Assembly: GCA_034189535.1 (NCBI GenBank)
Contig: JAXHUQ010000003.1
Span: 1 to 40,841, forward strand
DNA length: 40,841 nucleotides
Source of the DNA: Halobacteriota archaeon
GTDB lineage: Archaea > Halobacteriota > Syntropharchaeia > DAOWMC01
Reading direction: 5' to 3'
Below, piece after piece: positions 36,475-40,841 of this stretch. A program made the position numbers and the translations under genes. A model generated the notes under the pieces. That model was not told the DNA's origin. It did not search any database and saw only the letters and a list, made by a program, of their open reading frames with translations. Each line of letters starts with the position of its first letter. The stretch's first letter is position 1.

Positions 36475-37127
36475 AAAACCACCGTTAAGATAATCTCGTC
36501 CCCATCTTTTATATCTAATTCATCTCTGAGCTTGATGGGTGCAAGTATCTCAAGAACGTCCGGGGGATAATGCGTTCGATCGGGAATGATGACTGCACAA
36601 TTCTCATCCCTCAGCTTCGCATGAAAACATTTACCGCCACCAAATGTTCTATCTTCTGATTTGAATCCAGTTATCTCTATTCCTGTGTGTTCACTCAGTT
36701 TCCTTCGGAGAATGGTGCTCTGCTCATTCAGATTCATATTCAGTGTACCAGGAAACGGATGGAATCCAAGTTTCTCTTCAAACTGCCCAATATAGCCATC
36801 CTGTGCCAGATAATACTGTCCCTCTCCAAGGCCGGTAAATAGTGTTCCCACGAGATCAACGTAGTCCCTCTCAGCCGTAAAGATCTCCTGATACTCGTAG
36901 TACTCCTTTCTCAAGAGTTCAACCCCGTTCTTATTCATTGTGATCCACTGTCCATCCGCAACGATGGTCCTGTTTATGTGGCCTTCATGCTCCATTATTT
37001 GAAGTTTCCTTGATGCAGTCTGTGGTGAAGAGGAGATGGATGTGGAGAACTCATGTGAGGATAGCTTGATAGGTTTGTGTATAGCGCCAAGAAGTGCCAG
37101 TTTCTTTAGAGACTCGATATCAGTCAT
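36471..37127 (-). CDS. ribK: CTP-dependent riboflavin kinase with N-terminal wHTH (RbkR type)
   Basis: SPQTASRKL HTH; GLGEGQYY, PFPGTLN and PDRTHY; start chosen after GGTGA RBS. Confidence 0.93.
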   Translation of the reverse strand: MTDIESLKKLALLGAIHKPIKLSSHEFSTSISSSPQTASRKLQIMEHEGHINRTIVADGQWITMNKNGVELLRKEYYEYQEIFTAERDYVDLVGTLFTGLGEGQYYLAQDGYIGQFEEKLGFHPFPGTLNMNLNEQSTILRRKLSEHTGIEITGFKSEDRTFGGGKCFHAKLRDENCAVIIPDRTHYPPDVLEILAPIKLRDELDIKDGDEIILTVVL

Positions 37128-37131
37128 AGAT

Positions 37132-37186
37132 TCACCAAATTTGAGATACAACTCATATTTTGGATGAAGGTGAATATTAACCTTTT
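37132..37186 (-). promoter_or_regulatory. ribK-ribB promoter with candidate RbkR operator
   Basis: Minus strand AAAAGGTTAATAT, then imperfect inverted repeat TCATCCAAAATATGAG-TTGTAT-CTCAAATTTGGTGA before the ATG. Confidence 0.55.
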
Positions 37187-37245
37187 GGTTTTTTGCTTCT
37201 TTATCTTCAAAATTTATTTGGAGCATCACGGAATATTCTCAAGCA

Positions 37246-38253
37246 ATGAGTAGAAGCAAGCTTGGGGAGGATAAACCAGACAGTCACTGGAATATAGAGA
37301 TGAATGATCTAATTAAAAAGATCAAGGCTCAAGGTGCCAAATCTGTCGGACTCCAGTTTCCGGCAGGGCTTAAACATCTCTTTTACATTGCAGCTCAGAT
37401 CGAGGAAGAGACCGATGCAGAGGTCATAATCTCGGGGAGATCGTCGTATGGTGCTTGTGACATAGATGAAGCCTTAAGAGACTCAGTAGACCTCCTTTTT
37501 CATTTCGGTCACTCTGAAATCACATCTGATCTGAAGACCGAGTTTGTTGAAGTAACCTCGAATATTGATGTCTCTTCCGTGATCAAGGAAGCTCTTGAGA
37601 TATTCCGGGACGAATCTCAGAAGATTGGCCTTATCACCTCAGTTCAGCATCTGCATAATCTTGGAGGAGCAAAGAAAATTCTCGAAGACGCCGGAAAGGT
37701 CGTCATGATCGGAGAGGGAGATGATCGTATCACATATGCCGGTCAGGTACTCGGTTGCAACTTCTCTTCCGCAAGAGTGGACTGTGACGAACTCTTGTTC
37801 ATCGGAAGTGGAGATTTTCATCCAATTGGTGCATCCATTGCCACCGGTAAAAGGGTAGTAATCGCCGATCCTATTATAGGAGAGGCGAGGATCAGTGATC
37901 CTGAAAGGCTGTTGAGAAAGAGGTATGCTCGGATTGGTACAGTTCTTGATGCCGGATCTTTCGGTGTACTTGTATGTTCAAAAGAAGGTCAAAAGAGGAT
38001 GGAACTAGCAAAAGAGATGAAAAAAATGGGAATTGAGGCAGGGAAAGAGGTCTATATGATCCTTATGGATGAGTTTGACCCTGATCAACTGCTATCCTTT
38101 AATGTTGACTTCTTTGTAAGTACTGCATGTCCTAGGATTGCAATAGATGATATAAGTAGGTTTAAAAAACCTGTTCTTACGCCGATCGAGCTAGAGGTTG
38201 TACTGGGACTTCGTGAATGGGATGATATAACATTTGACGAGATACCGGGTTGA
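37246..38253 (+). CDS. dph2: Diphthamide synthesis protein Dph2
   Basis: LQFPAGLK, YGACD, HFGH, GQVLGC and ACPRIAIDD (three cluster Cys). Confidence 0.93.
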   Translation: MSRSKLGEDKPDSHWNIEMNDLIKKIKAQGAKSVGLQFPAGLKHLFYIAAQIEEETDAEVIISGRSSYGACDIDEALRDSVDLLFHFGHSEITSDLKTEFVEVTSNIDVSSVIKEALEIFRDESQKIGLITSVQHLHNLGGAKKILEDAGKVVMIGEGDDRITYAGQVLGCNFSSARVDCDELLFIGSGDFHPIGASIATGKRVVIADPIIGEARISDPERLLRKRYARIGTVLDAGSFGVLVCSKEGQKRMELAKEMKKMGIEAGKEVYMILMDEFDPDQLLSFNVDFFVSTACPRIAIDDISRFKKPVLTPIELEVVLGLREWDDITFDEIPG

Positions 38254-38371
38254 ATTATCTTTTGGCGATGGGTTCGAATATAGAGGGCGGACCGGCGGTA
38301 ATCGTATAAATATAATTGGATATAATTGGAATTTTTTTGAGTTTAATCCTCCTTTTAAAGAGTAGCAAATT

Positions 38372-38392
38372 AAGAAATGTTTAAATATTATA
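38372..38392 (+). promoter_or_regulatory. BRE/TATA promoter of the unknown two-gene operon
   Basis: AAGAAATGTTTAAATA in an AT-rich intergenic region; GGGTGA RBS before ATG 38433. Confidence 0.55.
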
Positions 38393-38432
38393 ATTTTTAT
38401 CTGTGATATTAATATAATAAGGGTGAATAATT

Positions 38433-39752
38433 ATGTCAACTATTATGTCAACTTTAAGGAGGCCTTTTCAGGATGAAACCTTGTTTGGTCCCTGTTTGAG
38501 GCATTTTTATGGTAGGACAACACTTGGTAGACCTGGTGATCCCAAGGAGGAACCTATCAAGTATTCTCAGACGCTTAATGAGGAACTACATTTTGATATA
38601 ATGACTGAGTGGCATGCACGAGTTCCTGCTTATGGGCATCTTTCTAAAGCGATAGCAAATGATGAACTTGAATCAGAGATTGAAGCTGTGAAGAAGATTG
38701 ATAGTTTCATGGAAGCCACAGGTGTAAGCGAAGATTTTATCAAAGGGACGATAGATTCAGGTGCGGACTCTGCAATGGCGACTGCTGAAGCCAAGCTTGC
38801 AGAGGTGGGTGAAGGATCAGCACTAGAGATGGTCGAGGAGATTCTTACTGAAGATATGGAGGTCGAGTATGGGATATTTCCGCCTGTTGTCGCTGTTCCA
38901 CAGAGGGTGACTGCCGCTGCAATGTCTATTATTTATGGTCCGAGTGCAGATTGTGTGTACTATCATCTGGATCAATGGACTAATGAGTATTTATGGACAT
39001 GGTTCAACCACATCGAAGAGGGACTCATGAAGACCGGTCATGGTGATCTGGCCCATTACGACTATTATCATGCATTCTCCGATAGGAGGCATCTCAGAAC
39101 CGGTGAGAAGATGAAGCATGTTACTGTCCAAAGGCCTGCTGCAGAAGGGCTTGGAATGGTAGCTGATATTCTTAAAGATCTGAGAAACGAGGTGGCGCCG
39201 GAGTACTCGATGGATCCGCTTTACATTCAATCGGTCAGTTCTGCTCCTGCAACAGGGATGGCCCAGTACAGCAGCAGGGCGGTGATGGAGATCATCGGTT
39301 TTCTTTACTTCTGGTCAGGCGGTTCACTACTTAGAGGATTCCCATTCCAGAGTTACACGACCTTATTCCCCGTGCCCGGAGTATTTGATCTCCTCTTGCA
39401 ATTACCGCTTGATATGCTCGGGCCTAGGTTCCTTGGACTTCTTGCAGGTGCGAATCTTTGGCTTCCAATGCACTCCATGACGCCGCTTGAAACCCGTTTT
39501 GAGGTCTTTGGAGATATGGCAATTCCTGCTACTTATGATGAAAGTCTGGCAGCATACTTCACATATGGTATGGACGGTCCGAGGTACCCGCCAAGTTACT
39601 TAAGGTCCGTTTACCTTTACGGTCAGGACGCTCAGGTGAGAGAACCGACGGAATATCCGGTGCCCGAGAGGAAGATTATGGGAATCGGCGATGCCGATGT
39701 AGAGATAAAAAAAGCGAGAAGTGAGCATCCCGAATGGCTTGCAACAAGGTGA
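38433..39752 (+). CDS. Unrecognised 439-aa protein
   Basis: Long ORF with promoter and RBS; His/Tyr/Trp-rich centre and hydrophobic C-terminal half. Confidence 0.85.
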   Translation: MSTIMSTLRRPFQDETLFGPCLRHFYGRTTLGRPGDPKEEPIKYSQTLNEELHFDIMTEWHARVPAYGHLSKAIANDELESEIEAVKKIDSFMEATGVSEDFIKGTIDSGADSAMATAEAKLAEVGEGSALEMVEEILTEDMEVEYGIFPPVVAVPQRVTAAAMSIIYGPSADCVYYHLDQWTNEYLWTWFNHIEEGLMKTGHGDLAHYDYYHAFSDRRHLRTGEKMKHVTVQRPAAEGLGMVADILKDLRNEVAPEYSMDPLYIQSVSSAPATGMAQYSSRAVMEIIGFLYFWSGGSLLRGFPFQSYTTLFPVPGVFDLLLQLPLDMLGPRFLGLLAGANLWLPMHSMTPLETRFEVFGDMAIPATYDESLAAYFTYGMDGPRYPPSYLRSVYLYGQDAQVREPTEYPVPERKIMGIGDADVEIKKARSEHPEWLATR

Positions 39753-39754
39753 TA

Positions 39755-40240
39755 ATGGTGACTGAAGTAAGAGAACCAGGAAAGATGTGCCAGTATTTTC
39801 ATTATGAAACGAGCATTTACAAAGGAAAGAGCGGAGTATGTGAAGGAAAGCTACTGGTAAAAGAGCCTGTTCTAATGTCATCAAGGAATACAAAGGCACT
39901 GTTATTTCTCCCACATAAGAAGATACATGCTCCGGTTGGTTATGACTGGAAGCTCAGGGCAAGCGATGATAATATCCCATTCTGTCTGTATTTATGCGAG
40001 AATGGACATATTGGAATGAGGCCGATGGACTCTGCTGATGTCCCAATGGTTCCCCCTGGTACAATAGTCAATCCAAGAAACAAGATGTATAACAGACCCC
40101 AGGCATGGTATGTTGAGATGTCCGCTGATGAAAGGGCGGATATGTGGAAGGAACTTGGCGTTGAGTTTACTCCGCTTGAGGAGATACCGGATGATATAAA
40201 GGAGAATCTCAACATCGAGAACTACAGTAAGTACAAGTAG
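39755..40240 (+). CDS. Unrecognised 161-aa Cys/His protein
   Basis: Starts 2 nt after the upstream stop with GGTGA RBS; CQYFH...VCEG and CLYLCENGH. Confidence 0.8.
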   Translation: MVTEVREPGKMCQYFHYETSIYKGKSGVCEGKLLVKEPVLMSSRNTKALLFLPHKKIHAPVGYDWKLRASDDNIPFCLYLCENGHIGMRPMDSADVPMVPPGTIVNPRNKMYNRPQAWYVEMSADERADMWKELGVEFTPLEEIPDDIKENLNIENYSKYK

Positions 40241-40244
40241 TAGA

Positions 40245-40841
40245 TCAACCGATCATTCGGTTGTTCATCTTTCTCTTCTTATTTTGTGTCCTAAAGGCAC
40301 TCTTAACATCTTTTATCAGCTCTGTTGCTTCATCTTCGGTCATGTTTTCATTAAGGTCCAATCGTGGTCTCTGATGGAAGAAGTACCTCCAATCGATATT
40401 CTTTATGATCTCATTTGAAGAGTACATCTCGTTCAATTCAGTTCCGGGATATGGGGCCACACAGTTGAAGCTGGCAAAGTCAGGATCCAGCTCCTGCATA
40501 AAAGAGATCGTCTTTCGTACTGATTCTTTCGACTCCCATGGAAAACCAATCAGAAACATCCCATTGAATCCTATGGCATTTTCGAGAAGTACTCTTCTTG
40601 TATCCCGTATCTCTTCGATAGTGGTGCCTTTCTTAATCATCTTAAGCATCTCCTCATCACCTGATTCAACACCTATATAGACGTGGTCACATCCCGAAAG
40701 CATCATCTTCTTTGCAATCCTATCGTCCAATTCTCCCGCACGGGCTTCACAGCACCAATCGATGATGAGCCCTTCTTTGTCTATAAGATCACAGACCTCA
40801 CTTACATACCTCTTTTTTATAAGAAAGTCCGCATCGTTGAA
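40245..40841 (-). CDS. Radical SAM protein of the B12-binding type, C-terminal part (runs off the window)
   Basis: WCCEAR, IGVESG, MFLIGFPWES and APYPGTEL. Confidence 0.85.
   Translation of the reverse strand, partial: FNDADFLIKKRYVSEVCDLIDKEGLIIDWCCEARAGELDDRIAKKMMLSGCDHVYIGVESGDEEMLKMIKKGTTIEEIRDTRRVLLENAIGFNGMFLIGFPWESKESVRKTISFMQELDPDFASFNCVAPYPGTELNEMYSSNEIIKNIDWRYFFHQRPRLDLNENMTEDEATELIKDVKSAFRTQNKKRKMNNRMIG

Noticed and set aside
37128-37229. N-terminal extension of RibK given by the ORF track
   Set aside because: The region holds the TATA box, operator-like repeat and RBS, so the true start is more likely 37127.
39010-39095. Di-iron monooxygenase motif in the 439-aa protein (EE...DRRH)
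   Set aside because: DRRH lacks the Glu of DExRH, the spacing is short, and no second ExxH is evident.
158-40680. Numerous antisense and nested ORFs in the track (e.g. 566-1018, 30451-30822, 34918-35430)
   Set aside because: They shadow well-supported genes on the opposite strand and show no family motifs.

Overview
Archaeal chromosomal segment, most likely from a Halobacteriota lineage. This rests on mtd, a FwdF-type polyferredoxin, archaellins, archaeal DnaG, Dph2, PAC2 and RbkR/RibB. An enoyl-CoA hydratase and an 11-heme cytochrome c / cytochrome b pair hint at a syntrophic alkane- or fatty-acid-oxidising type. Housekeeping flanks (1-7.5 kb and 26-40.8 kb) enclose an IS / restriction-gene graveyard (7.6-9.75 kb) and a visibly AT-richer surface-glycosylation island (9.9-25.5 kb). 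The most striking structure lies inside that island: arrays of small toxin-antitoxin cassettes in which neighbouring cassettes are separated by stranded copies of the terminus of the adjacent host gene. There are three copies of the 3' end of a radical SAM gene, three copies of the 5' end of a flippase gene, and a stranded GT2 start, and the host gene is intact in every case. The radical SAM copies A and B differ mostly at synonymous sites. The flippase array also carries inverted 7-mer repeat hairpins and a four-helix-bundle gene in register with the repeats. No recombinase is visible in the window. Also notable are an unannotated secreted mono-heme ORF, an HpnJ-like radical SAM + kinase + nucleotidyltransferase tailoring set, and an unrecognised two-gene operon at 38.4-40.2 kb. 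All family calls come from motif recognition by eye; no database search was run.
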